Both the position numbers and the translations under genes were made by a program. This document shows positions 45,354 through 55,183 of a stretch of 64,000 nucleotides of DNA, piece after piece (positions within the stretch are counted from its first letter, which is position 1; each line of letters begins with the position of its first letter). Source of the stretch: Gracilinanus agilis (Eukaryota); contig NC_058133.1 in NCBI RefSeq assembly GCF_016433145.1, positions 476,105,058-476,169,057 of the forward strand, read 5' to 3'. The notes beneath the pieces are model-generated. The model was given only the letters and a program-made list of their open reading frames with translations. It was not told the origin of the DNA and did no database searches.

Positions 45354-45728
45354 TTCAGTTACGAAAGAGGACTCGGTTTTGTGAAGGGAATCTGCCGGGT
45401 TCCCATCCCCACGACAGTCCCAATCTCTTTGCCTCCTGGTCCTAGCTTCAATGCACGTCTGGTGGGGAAAGGACACCCCGGAGCAGGGGAAGTAGAGACA
45501 AAGAGAGTGGACGTTCTAGGTTTCCCAGCAACGCCTCAGGGGAAGTGTCCCGAGGTGCAGGAGGAGCCCATATCCCCCTCCCCTGGGGCGCTCGCGCCCT
45601 CCCCTCAGTTTAAACGAACCCGGGAGTCGGGATCGAAAAGGGAAGGAGGGAGAAAGAAGCAGAGCCCCTGCCCCTCCCCTCTTCTCCCATTTCTTCACCG
45701 CCAAGGCGCCTTTAAGCCCGTTCTCCCT

Positions 45729-48332
45729 ATGATCCCCACGGGCGGAGCACTGCTGTGGGCCCTCTGGCTGATCCTAGGGGCCCAGGAGGTGGCAGCCAGG
45801 GCCATTGTCCGGAGCCAGGCCAGAGCAGGTTGGGCTGGTGGCAGCGAAGGGGACACCATCCCATCGGGGATCCTGAACAAGGTCTGGCCCAACAGCGTGA
45901 AAAGGGATGAATATGATTTGGTCAGGAAAATGATAAATACGGCGGAAGGGGAGGAAGACTACTCGGCCGCAGCAGATAAACTGGCTGCCCCGGCTGCTGC
46001 CGAGCTCCTCTCTGCCTCCGTGGCCTCAGTACCTGGGAACAGGGAAGTTCAGGGTCAGGAGGAGGACCAGCAGCCTGAGGAGGCTGAGGAGCAGAAGGAA
46101 GACCAAGAAAATGATGATGATCTAGAGCAGGAGGAGAACGAGGACCAGGAGCAAGACTTTGACCAGATAGAGGAGCTAAAGCAGTATTCCGAAGACCCAA
46201 GACAGGATCCGGGTCAAGGGCAGGGAGTGGAGCAGGAACAGAACCAAGAGCAAGGCCAGATGCAGGAAATAAAGGAGGAAGAGCAGCAAGAGCAGGAAAA
46301 GGAGCTTGAGGAACAGAGGCAAGGACCAGGGGAAGAGGGCCAAAGGCACTGGGAGGAGGAAGAGGAGCAGCAGCAAGTGCAGGCACAGCAGGAACAGATG
46401 GAGGAGCAGGAGGAGGTGCAGCCTCAGATTGGGGAGCAGACTGAGGGGCAGGCGGAGGAGCAGGAGCAGACGGAGGAGCAGGAGCAGACGGAGGAGCAGG
46501 AGCAGGCGGAGGAGCAGGAGCAGACGGAGGAGCAGATTGGGGAGCAGAGGGAGGGGCAGGCGGAGGAGCAGGAGCAGACGGAGGAGCAGACTGAGGAGCA
46601 GGAACAGCAGGAACAGGCAGCGCCTCGGCTTCCAGCGCTGGGGCAGGTTCAAAAGCAAGTGCGGGTGCAGCCTCAGATTCAGAAGCCAGAGGAGGAGAAG
46701 CAGGAGAAGACTGAGGAGCAGGAGGAACAGGCACAGCCTCAGCTTCCAGCGCTGGGGCAGATTCAGAAGCAGGCGCTGATGCAGCCTCAGCTTCAGAAGC
46801 AGGAGAGGGAGAAGCTGGAGCAGAAGCAGACTGAGGAGCGGGAGCAGCAGGAAACCGCGCAGCCTCAGGTTCCAAAACTGGGAAAGACTCAGAAGCAGGT
46901 GCGGTTGCAGCCTCATATTCAGAAGCCGGAGGAGACTAAGGAGCAGGAGCAGACTAAGGAGCAGGAGGAGCAGACTAAGGAGCAGGAGGAGAAGGAACAG
47001 GCACAGCCTCAGTTTCCAAAACTGGGGCGGTCGCCGGAGCAGGAACAGGAGCAGACGGAGGAGCAGGAGCAGATGGAGGAGCAGGAGCAGACGGAGGAGC
47101 AGGAGCAGACGGAGGAGCAGGAGCAGACGGAGGAGCGAGAGCAGACGGAGGAGGAGGAGGAGGAGACGGAGGAGCGAGAGCAGACGGAGGAACAGGAGGA
47201 GAAGGAACAGGCACAGCCTATGTTTCCAGCGCTGGGGCATACTGAGGAGCAGGAGCGGGAGCAGACGGAGGAGCAGGAGCAGCAGGAACAGGCACAGCCT
47301 CAGCTTCCAGCGCTGGGGCAGACTGAGGAGCAGGAGCAGGAGCAGGAGCAGATTGAAGAGCAGAAGCAGACTGAGGAGCAGGAGGAGCAGGCACAGCCTC
47401 AGATTCAGATTCGGGCGCTGGAGCAGATTCCCCAGCAGGAGGAGCAGGAGGAGCAGAAGGAGCAGGAGCAGAAGAAGCAGGAGGAGCAGGAGGAGCAGAA
47501 GGAGCAGGAGGAGCAGGAGGAGCAGAAGGAGCAGGAGGAGCAGAAGGAGCAGGAGGAGCAGAAGGAGCAGGAGGAGCAGGAGGAGCAGAAGGAGCAGGAG
47601 GAGCAGAAGGAGCAGGAGGAGCAGGAGGAGCAGGAGGAGCAGGAGGAGCAGAAGGAGCAGAAGGAGCAGAAGGAGCAGAAGAAGCAGGAGGAGCAGGAGG
47701 AGCAGAAGCAGAAGAAGCAGGCAAAGCCTCATATTCAGGAGCAGGAGCAGGAGCAGCAGGCACAGCCCGTGCAGAAGCAGCAGCATGAGGTACAGAAGAA
47801 GAAGCACGTACAGGAGGCAAGGATGGGTCTGGGCCCCGGGCCTAGGAAAAAGAACTTACAAATTTACCGCCGCCTGGGGCTTAAGGCCCTTGAACCGCCA
47901 CCACCTTCCTCAAAACAGCTTTCCAGCCGAAATCGGGCTCGGGCTCTCGCTCGGCCCCGACACACGCCGCTGACGCTGCTAACCTGGGGGCCGTGGCAAT
48001 GTCACTGCGCCGAGGGTACCATGACCCGCGTTCGGGGAGGAAAGATTTTAGGTTTCACTGGAAATCTCCGATCTGGAGCTCTAGGCCGCCTGCACACCCA
48101 GAGCCTGCCCTGCACCTACGCCCGATGCGGCTGTAGCCAGGAGAAGAAAGAATGCCCCTTAGACAACTCCCCGTGCCCCTCCTCCTCTCCCGGCTGCAAG
48201 TACCACTCTTCCCTGTCTCCGTTAGAGAGGCGGGAAAGCTCTGTGAATGACACGGCGTTTTGGAAGCAAGTCCGAGAGGGGCTGGAAGAAGTTTGGGTTG
48301 GACTCCAGACGCTAGTGACGAGAAAAGGGTGA
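45729..48332 (+). CDS. MENT: C1orf56/MENT orthologue, 867 aa, with a large Glu/Gln-rich repeat region
   Basis: Signal-peptide-like MIPTGGALLWALWLILG; ADKLAAPAAAELLSASV; C-terminal WGPWQCHC..GTM..R.G...LR.GAL..L....PCTY..C.C...KECPLD...FWKQVREGLEEVW, all matching human C1orf56 as recalled; syntenic position. Confidence 0.93.
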   Translation: MIPTGGALLWALWLILGAQEVAARAIVRSQARAGWAGGSEGDTIPSGILNKVWPNSVKRDEYDLVRKMINTAEGEEDYSAAADKLAAPAAAELLSASVASVPGNREVQGQEEDQQPEEAEEQKEDQENDDDLEQEENEDQEQDFDQIEELKQYSEDPRQDPGQGQGVEQEQNQEQGQMQEIKEEEQQEQEKELEEQRQGPGEEGQRHWEEEEEQQQVQAQQEQMEEQEEVQPQIGEQTEGQAEEQEQTEEQEQTEEQEQAEEQEQTEEQIGEQREGQAEEQEQTEEQTEEQEQQEQAAPRLPALGQVQKQVRVQPQIQKPEEEKQEKTEEQEEQAQPQLPALGQIQKQALMQPQLQKQEREKLEQKQTEEREQQETAQPQVPKLGKTQKQVRLQPHIQKPEETKEQEQTKEQEEQTKEQEEKEQAQPQFPKLGRSPEQEQEQTEEQEQMEEQEQTEEQEQTEEQEQTEEREQTEEEEEETEEREQTEEQEEKEQAQPMFPALGHTEEQEREQTEEQEQQEQAQPQLPALGQTEEQEQEQEQIEEQKQTEEQEEQAQPQIQIRALEQIPQQEEQEEQKEQEQKKQEEQEEQKEQEEQEEQKEQEEQKEQEEQKEQEEQEEQKEQEEQKEQEEQEEQEEQEEQKEQKEQKEQKKQEEQEEQKQKKQAKPHIQEQEQEQQAQPVQKQQHEVQKKKHVQEARMGLGPGPRKKNLQIYRRLGLKALEPPPPSSKQLSSRNRARALARPRHTPLTLLTWGPWQCHCAEGTMTRVRGGKILGFTGNLRSGALGRLHTQSLPCTYARCGCSQEKKECPLDNSPCPSSSPGCKYHSSLSPLERRESSVNDTAFWKQVREGLEEVWVGLQTLVTRKG
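46042..47820 (+). repeat. Coding tandem repeat array (GAG/CAG/AAG-rich)
   Basis: 18-nt GAGGAGCAGGAGCAGACG units, seven longer AQPQLPALGQ-type units, and 18/27-nt EEQKEQ(EEQ) units. Confidence 0.97.
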
Positions 48333-48555
48333 GTATCAGGGAAGAAGGAACGAGTGAGGCATTTACTCTTAAGCACTTGCTACACGCCAAGCACTGGGGA
48401 CGCAAACAGAAAAGAGAACCCCTACTCTAATGATTTAGAGTTAGAAATGATCTGATCCCTGGTTATTGAGGGTGGGGTTTTTGTTTGTTTGTTTGTTTTT
48501 TAATCGGTAGTTGATTTAGCATCCCGTGCCAGATAGCCCTTGAAATCAGCCTAAG

Positions 48556-48760
48556 GGGTAGTAGCTAGGTGGCTCAGTGGATAGAGCCAGGCCTAGAGAT
48601 CGGAGGTCCTGGACTCAAATCTGCCCCGTGTGAACCAGAGGTCAGTCACTTAACTGCCATCACCTAGCCCTTACTGCCCTTCTCCCTTGGAACCAATTCT
48701 CTGTATGAATTCTAAGACAGAGGGTGAGAGGAAGAAAGAAAGAAGAAAAGAAAGAAAGAA
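48556..48760 (+). mobile_element. SINE1 (older, diverged)
   Basis: gctaggtggctcagtggatagagcc head and AAAG-rich tail. Confidence 0.75.
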
Positions 48761-50261
48761 AAATTAGATACCGACTGTAATAATTTTAAAATTTTATTTT
48801 CTTAACCAATGACATCCAATAACAATAATTTCTGACCAAATTATTGTTAAGTGGTCTTTGACCAGTCTTTGTTGGTCATCATTTTGATTATCCACAATTT
48901 CTGGGACTGTACAAAGCAATCATTGTACAGACTGATCTTAAGTAACGCTGATAATTATTAGATGTGGATGAATCCATGATTTATCAGTAAGTATTGGCCA
49001 ATGGCCAGCAATTGGCTAGAGCAGCTTAGACAGCACCTATTGATTAGGTAATGATTTATTTTATACAATCTAGTATAGTTACTTTAATTGACGCATTGGA
49101 TGATTTTCCATAGGAATAGAACCAGGCAAACAGGATATAATCTGGTGTTACTGTCAGTTTCTATCTCTCCCTTGATGGGTCTCTTACATAACTGTATCAA
49201 AGTCCAAGGAGAGTACAGATTAACGCATAAAACAAGCAAGTGCTCTCACATTCTAGGAGAGTTGGAAAATCTCCAAGCCTTGTATTTTCCCCACTAATTA
49301 AGCCCAAGACTTTATTTTGTAAGGTGGTTGTGGGTATTGCTGTAATTAAGGAGGGCAGCAGCAATAGGATGATGAGTGGAGGAAAATCAGGGGCAAAGGG
49401 ATAATATACAAATGTGTTTGTAATTTCCCCTTTTTCTTCCCTACCTTAGATAAAGAGAAAAATCAGAAGTGATGGCCACCCCATGTCCAGCCCCAGAGGA
49501 TGAGGAAGGGGTGTCAGCATTCTAATCTCTTTCCCCCTTCTACCTCTAACTTTCCACATCCTATAGACAACTTTCATAAAGCAGTAAAGTCTATTCATAA
49601 AAACAAAACAAAACAAAACAGAACTTTTAATTTTTTATCTCATTGAAAGGGTGGTTGGGCCTAGAAGAGGACAGAGACATACTTCCCTAGAAAAGAATCA
49701 AGAGTTTCTATAGCTTCTTATCCCTTGTTTCCTAACTCCCAAGTTATTCCCTATAGAATGAAATAATGTTACTTATTTTCTCCCTTTTTTCTGCAATGAG
49801 TAAAAATTCTGACAAGAGTAGCTTCTGGGTAAGAAAAATCAATTTCTTGATCAGTCTAGCAATAACCAATAAATGAATTGGTTCATGATCTCTTTCAGTG
49901 ATCAAATTCATTCAGCATCCCCTGAGTCATTAAATATAATTTTGGAAGCTCATTATTCAGCTCTCCCTTACACAGCCCCCAGGACATCTCTGGTGGATAC
50001 CTGAGAAGATGAGTTAATATTTTCCAGGCCCTCCCAGATACCCTCATGATGATGGGGAAAATCACATGCCTATCACAGAATTCCAACATCCCTGCTGATC
50101 TAGATGAAGAAATCAAGTTAGGCCTGGCCAAGACTGACTTTCCCCCTATTCATCCTGTGGGGAACACTGATATCCCCTCTATCCCCACCCAGGACATTTT
50201 TGGCCAAAATGAGTTTTTATTTACTAGACAAGATGAAATTTATATTCTCAATCTTAACTAA

Positions 50262-50432
50262 AGGAGCTTAAGGAGGAAATAGATAGTAAAACTATAGTAG
50301 TAGGGGACCTCAACCTTCTGCTCTCAGAACTAGATAAATCTAACCAAAAAATAAGAAAGAAGTGAATAAAATTTTAGAAAAGTTAATAGACATCTGGATA
50401 AAATTTAATAGGGATAAAAGGAATATACCTTC
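50262..50432 (+). mobile_element. Internal L1 ORF2 endonuclease fragment
   Basis: Reads ELKEEIDSKTIVVGDLNLLLSELDKSNQKI, the L1 EN GDFN-motif region. Confidence 0.75.
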
Positions 50433-50914
50433 TTATATTCTAGGTCTTAATTACCTCAATTCTAGAAGCTGCTTTAGGGCAGGGAATTTGAGAGCATTCC
50501 TAGGATTCTCAGGACAAAGGAATGAGGGAAAAGACTTGAAAAATATATTACAGAGCTCTATCAAAAATTTAAAAATGCATTATTAAGAATAAATCTTCTC
50601 ATTTTCAAGCTAGTTTTTTAAATAGAAGAATCTAGTTCAATCTAAAGTCAAAGAAAGGAAAAAAATAGAAAACAGGAGAGTCAAGGAATCATGGCCATCC
50701 TTTCCCCTGACTCCATTCTGTCTAGCCCTTCTCTAAGATAGGAGGTGCCCAATTTGACTTGTTCCTTACCCTCCCCTAAGTATACTCAATGTAAACCAAG
50801 AGCCTCCTAATCCCACCCACCCAGGTACAATATTCCCTCACCTCCCCAACTCCCCATCCCCATAGACCAGTCCCCTAAAAAATCCATCTGAAACATTTTG
50901 CTGGAGAATTTTTT

Positions 50915-50941
50915 TTTATTTGAAAAAATGTATTTAATAAA
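50915..50941. terminator. Overlapping polyadenylation signals on both strands
   Basis: Minus-strand AATAAA 50915-50920 and ATTAAA 50933-50938; plus-strand AATAAA 50936-50941. Confidence 0.55.
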
Positions 50942-53488
50942 GTCTGGCAGTTTTTTTTTTGTTTTTTGTTTTTTTGATAAATTAAGACTCTCAAACCCAC
51001 CCCAATCACTTTTGGAAGTTGGTAGAAGTGATGGGGGAGGCATAAGTAACATCAAGTGAGTTCCATAAAAGGGAAGGCCAGTGGTAAGAGAGCTCAAAAG
51101 GAAAGAAAAAAAGGAGTGTGGCCCAAGACTAGAGATAAAACCCAACAGTGTTCACAGATCAAACTGACTAGACAGTACCTCACACCTTCCATAACCAAGT
51201 TCAGTTTTCAGGCAGAGATTCCTAGTTTGTACTCAGCTTTCCAGATAGGAATCTAGGCTAGTCCTCAAAACAACCAGAAAGATGAGCCAAGTGTGAGCTA
51301 GGTAATTATTGTGCCATATCCACCACAGATCTAAAGAGATCTTTAAAAAAGCAGGAATAGCAATTTTGAAAAAATCAAGGGCCTCTAGACAGAATATATA
51401 CAGAGGCAAAGCACTTAGAAGATGGAGAAAGCCTGATCTCAGTTTTTCGCTTGGTGCTGCCTCCTTCCTGCCGGGGGTGACTGAAGATAACTCATTGCCT
51501 ACTCTCCCTTGGTTGAGTGGAGGGCAGGGTGTTAGGTTTGGCTTCTAATGCCTTACTCAGTCTTGTACATCTCTACCCTTTTAGAAAAGAAATAAAGCAG
51601 AAATACCAGAGAATGATTGGAGGTATCAAGACACCCATCACTTTGTTCTTTCACACAACACTGGCCCCTTTAGTCAGGCAGGGGGTTTCTCAGAATTCAT
51701 CCCAAGCCTTACCTGGGTCTGGTATTGCACAAAATGAGAGAAACATATGGAGTTTTCGTTACTGCATTGACCCTTCCCATCCCAGTACTCCACTAAGGTC
51801 TTAGCCCTATGGGACCCTCTTCCAATTAGCAAGAATGACTATCACACAAACATACACCTATCACAGAAACATTAGACACACATATATAGTAAAATAAAGT
51901 TGCATGGCTTGGAGAGGTGTAGAATTTTTGCTAACCTTGGCTACGAGGGATCCTAAGTCTATCCACAGCCCAGCTGTAGAGACTCTAAGATGGGCCAGAA
52001 CTTGAGGAAGAAAATCACTTGGGAAAAAGAAAACACATCCTCAAACCTCAAATCTAATAGGATTTAAAATCCAAACAGAACCCTGCTCCCAACCAACCAC
52101 ATTTGTAGTGAGCTTTGTCCCTACAAATTCAAAGATAGCACACTCTCTCTCTCTCTCTCTCTCCCAGGATGGTCAGGAGGTCCTCCCTGAGGTATAACTT
52201 CCCTCTGTAGTCCCAGGTCCCACCTCCTTTTCCATTCTCTCCCTCACCTGTGCCAGCAGGGGAGGTAAATGATCCTGAGGATTTGACAGAGGGAAAAATG
52301 TCTAGCACATAGGTGGTTTCTCCCAATTCCCAACTCCAACGTAGACGTAATGGGGATTGTGAAGGTTCCTAGCATAGATGGGGAGTAATTAACAGAACTG
52401 GTCTTAAATTAACATTTTAATTAAAAAAAGGTTGGGGGTGGAGGGGAGAAGAGATAATTGGTGGGGAGATACTAATGCTACAGAAACCAGGGTTAAAGGT
52501 CTGTTAGAAGACCTAGGTATTCAGAGACAGATGCTGAAATGCTGTGAGCTGAGGAGTTGGAGTCCAAAGAGGGAAAATGAGAGAAGTAGGTGGTTGTGTC
52601 CTCCCCAGTCCCTTGACTGAAATTTTCTTCATTTCAGGAAGGGAGCTGGAGAGGATGTGGAGGTAGGTAGCAATCAACAAAGCCAGGTTCAGCTTTGGCA
52701 ATGCAACCTCATCTACCCCATGAAGAAAAAAAAAGTTAGGGGTCCAAGTTAAAGAGCAGCCCAGTGCCCAGACCATCATTAAGGAACCTAGACTTTACCC
52801 TTGGTTCCTCCCAGGGGTGGGAGAAGGTATAAGGGCTCCTATCTCAGGTCAGTTGGGTATCTAAGGCTAGATCTGGCTAGCCAGTGGTCATTTGGTCAGT
52901 CCTGCTGCCTTGACCCCATCTCCAGGAGGGGCTTGACCAGGGTAGTAGAGTGGGGAGTCCAGTCTCCCAAGCCCTTCTAGACACTGACAGGTAGGGAAGA
53001 CAGAGGGGAAGATCCTGGGGTCATTGGTTCAGGAAAGGACAGCATTTCTTCTTAGCTGAGCACAGGACTGGGAACTCCAAGATGGCAAAACCTGAGTAGG
53101 AAAAGAGTGGAATTTCTGTCAGGCTTAAAGTACTTGATTAAGGCCCAAGGAAGAAGGGGCTACTCAAGAAAAACTGTCATTGTGGCTATTTTAAACCTAG
53201 TGGAGCTCAATGAATATCTGAATTGAAGAACTATACATCTCTGAATATTCTGCTTTCTGAATTTCTGCTTCTTTCAGTCTCCATATTGCTGTCACTTGCA
53301 GATATTTCTTTTAATCACTGCTCTAGCTCTCTGCTGGACTTCTTTAACTGTGGGACTTCCCTCACTTTTGTTCCTCTCTTCTATTAATTTCCAGCCTGGC
53401 CCAGAAAAATCAGGACTGAAAAGCAAGAGGATAGAGTGAGTGATGGGGGCAGGGTTTGTTTTTCCCTCACTCACCATCTCCCTTAGAG

Positions 53489-53563
53489 CTATAAGCCCCT
53501 GGAGCTGCTCCATGGTCTGTCCCGGTTTCCCTTGGATCTCATCTGCTCTTGTACGGCACCTGT
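53489..53563 (-). CDS. CDC42SE1: CDC42SE1 last coding exon
   Basis: cag|ACA GGT...TTA TAG; TGAVQEQMRSKGNRDRPWSSSRGL*. Confidence 0.96.
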   Translation of the reverse strand, partial: TGAVQEQMRSKGNRDRPWSSSRGL

Positions 53564-53991
53564 CTGTGAGGAAAAGGCATTTTAGATATCTGACACTCTA
53601 TTAACCCTTCTGTGCCTCAACTCCCCACATAGACAGTTTTCCATGTTTTACCTGGAAGGGAGATATTCCAAGCTTCCCTTGCCATTTAATTGATCCTGGG
53701 TCTCATTGACTATGAAGTCATTTCTCAGATCTCATCTCCTTCCCCTCTACCTGTATGCAGCCTTAGTCCCTCATATATATATATATATATTCATCCATTC
53801 ATCCATTCATTCATTTATTCATTTGTTTATTTTTTTAGTACACATTTTATTTGGCTTTCAAAATCACACTTTTGAGATAGGCTCTGGAGATTCTTTATCA
53901 TAATCCCCAAGCAATAGCCTCAGTCTTCAGCACAAGGGAACAGTTCCAGCCTAGGCCCCCATTCCAAACCTCCCTCTTTTCTCTTATTTAC

Positions 53992-54102
53992 CATGGAGAG
54001 TCCATCTCCAGCCCCCATCTCTCCAGAGCCAATGTGTGTTAGATGAACAAAGTTCATTGGTTCTCCAATCATGGTCCTGTCAATCCGCCTTCTCTTCTTC
54101 TT
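53992..54102 (-). CDS. CDC42SE1: CDC42SE1 CRIB exon
   Basis: [27 protein letters not shown]...SM|gtaaat. Confidence 0.96.
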
Positions 54103-54591
54103 CTGCTGGAAAAGGGTGGAAGGATTAAGAATAAAGGCTGTTGCCTAGAGCTGGGGAAGAGGGACAAGAGCCTAGAATCTTCTAAAGAGGAAAGATCCCA
54201 AGACCACAGAGAGTGGGTAGGGAGGGAGAGAGGGGCAGATAAATGTGCTGGGGAAAGACAAGAACTGAGTAGGCAACGGGTCCTGGGCAAACAGTAATAT
54301 GGAAGAAAGAAACCTGGGACAGTGATTCCAGAGGGCAGATGCTGAATTAGCTGAAGTCACTGATTGATGAGGGAACAATGGGAGTAGCTGCCTAGCATTG
54401 CCCCCTCCCTGTTCACCCAGGATTGATGAGCAGAGTGGGAGAAAATCGGGACCGCTAATCTTTCAGCTTCGCATCATGTGCTAGCCACCTATAAGATACC
54501 ATCCTTGCAGAAAAGACACAGGGAATGAGGTACGTTACCTCTATGTGACAGGGGTGGAATGAGGAAGGGTGAAGAGGAAAATCTGACTTAC

Positions 54592-54645
54592 CGGCTGGGG
54601 TTTCTCCACCACACAGCAGCCCAGTTTGTGCCAAAACTCACTCAT
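54592..54645 (-). CDS. CDC42SE1: CDC42SE1 first coding exon
   Basis: MSEFWHKLGCCVVEKPQP|gtaagt. Confidence 0.96.
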
Positions 54646-55005
54646 GTTCCCTGATGGTTCCAGTTTTGTCCCCCTGCCCGAGGCCCCAGAGGGCTCCTGT
54701 TCTGGTCCCTTGGTCCTCCTTCCTTGAAGACCCCCTCTTTCTCCTTATTCTCCACTGGGCATTGACAAACCACTGGAATGAATCAGATGGACTTGAGAAG
54801 GTAGAATCCTAAGAATTTCAACTAGATAGTGCCTCAGACCATGGGAGAATGGGAAGGAGAGAGGAGTGTAGAACAAATGAGGCAGAAGGGTATATCTTGC
54901 ACAAAACTTGAAGACCTGGAAGAAAAAGAAGTCAAGGTTAGTAAAAATAACTCTCTCCTTGAGGATCCCTTACCCAATGCCAAAAGCATCTTCTTGGGGG
55001 GTGAG

Positions 55006-55183
55006 GGGACAGCTAGGTGACTCAGTAGATTGAGAACCAGGCTCAGAGGTGGGAGGTTCTGGATTCAAATCTGGCCTCTCATACTTCCTAGCTGTGTGAC
55101 CCAGGGCAAGTCCTTTAAACCCTACTGCCTAGCCCTTACAATATAGAATATTGATTCTATAGTAAGGGTTTAAAAAAAAAAAA
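55006..55183 (+). mobile_element. SINE1
   Basis: ggggacagctaggtgactcagtag head; A tail. Confidence 0.8.

Larger units (their letters stand above)
49450..50960 (+). other. MENT: Putative MENT exon 2 (essentially 3' UTR)
   Basis: Donor GG|GTGAGT at 48328/48329; polypyrimidine acceptor ctaccttag|ATAAAGAGAAAAATCAGAAGTGATGGCCAC resembles the recalled human exon 2 start; 3' end uncertain (AATAAA at 49868 or 50936). Confidence 0.55.
53489..54645 (-). other. CDC42SE1: CDC42SE1 gene model: complement(join(53489..53563,53992..54102,54592..54645)); non-coding exons near 60321+ and ~50900-52645
   Basis: 240 nt = [79 protein letters not shown]; CRIB motif. Confidence 0.97.

Noticed and set aside
45180-45728. 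183-codon N-terminal extension of MENT in the ORF track
   Set aside because: Starts at TTG, overlaps the BNIPL 3' UTR and promoter, and would bury the signal peptide that follows ATG 45729.
46176-47807. 543-aa poly-Leu ORF on the minus strand
   Set aside because: It is the mirror of the GAG/CAG repeats (CTC/CTG = Leu). The repeat lacks stop-forming triplets, so no selection is needed to explain it.
46042-47820. CRISPR-like array
   Set aside because: Eukaryotic coding repeat with no unique spacers and no cas genes.
45922-47973. Pro/Ala-rich (minus) and Arg/Ser-rich (plus) ORFs overlapping MENT
   Set aside because: Alternative frames of the same low-complexity array; only the E/Q frame joins the conserved MENT blocks.
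49895-50261. Short ORFs in the MENT/CDC42SE1 3' region as a retrocopy or transposase
   Set aside because: No recognisable homology or motif in any frame.
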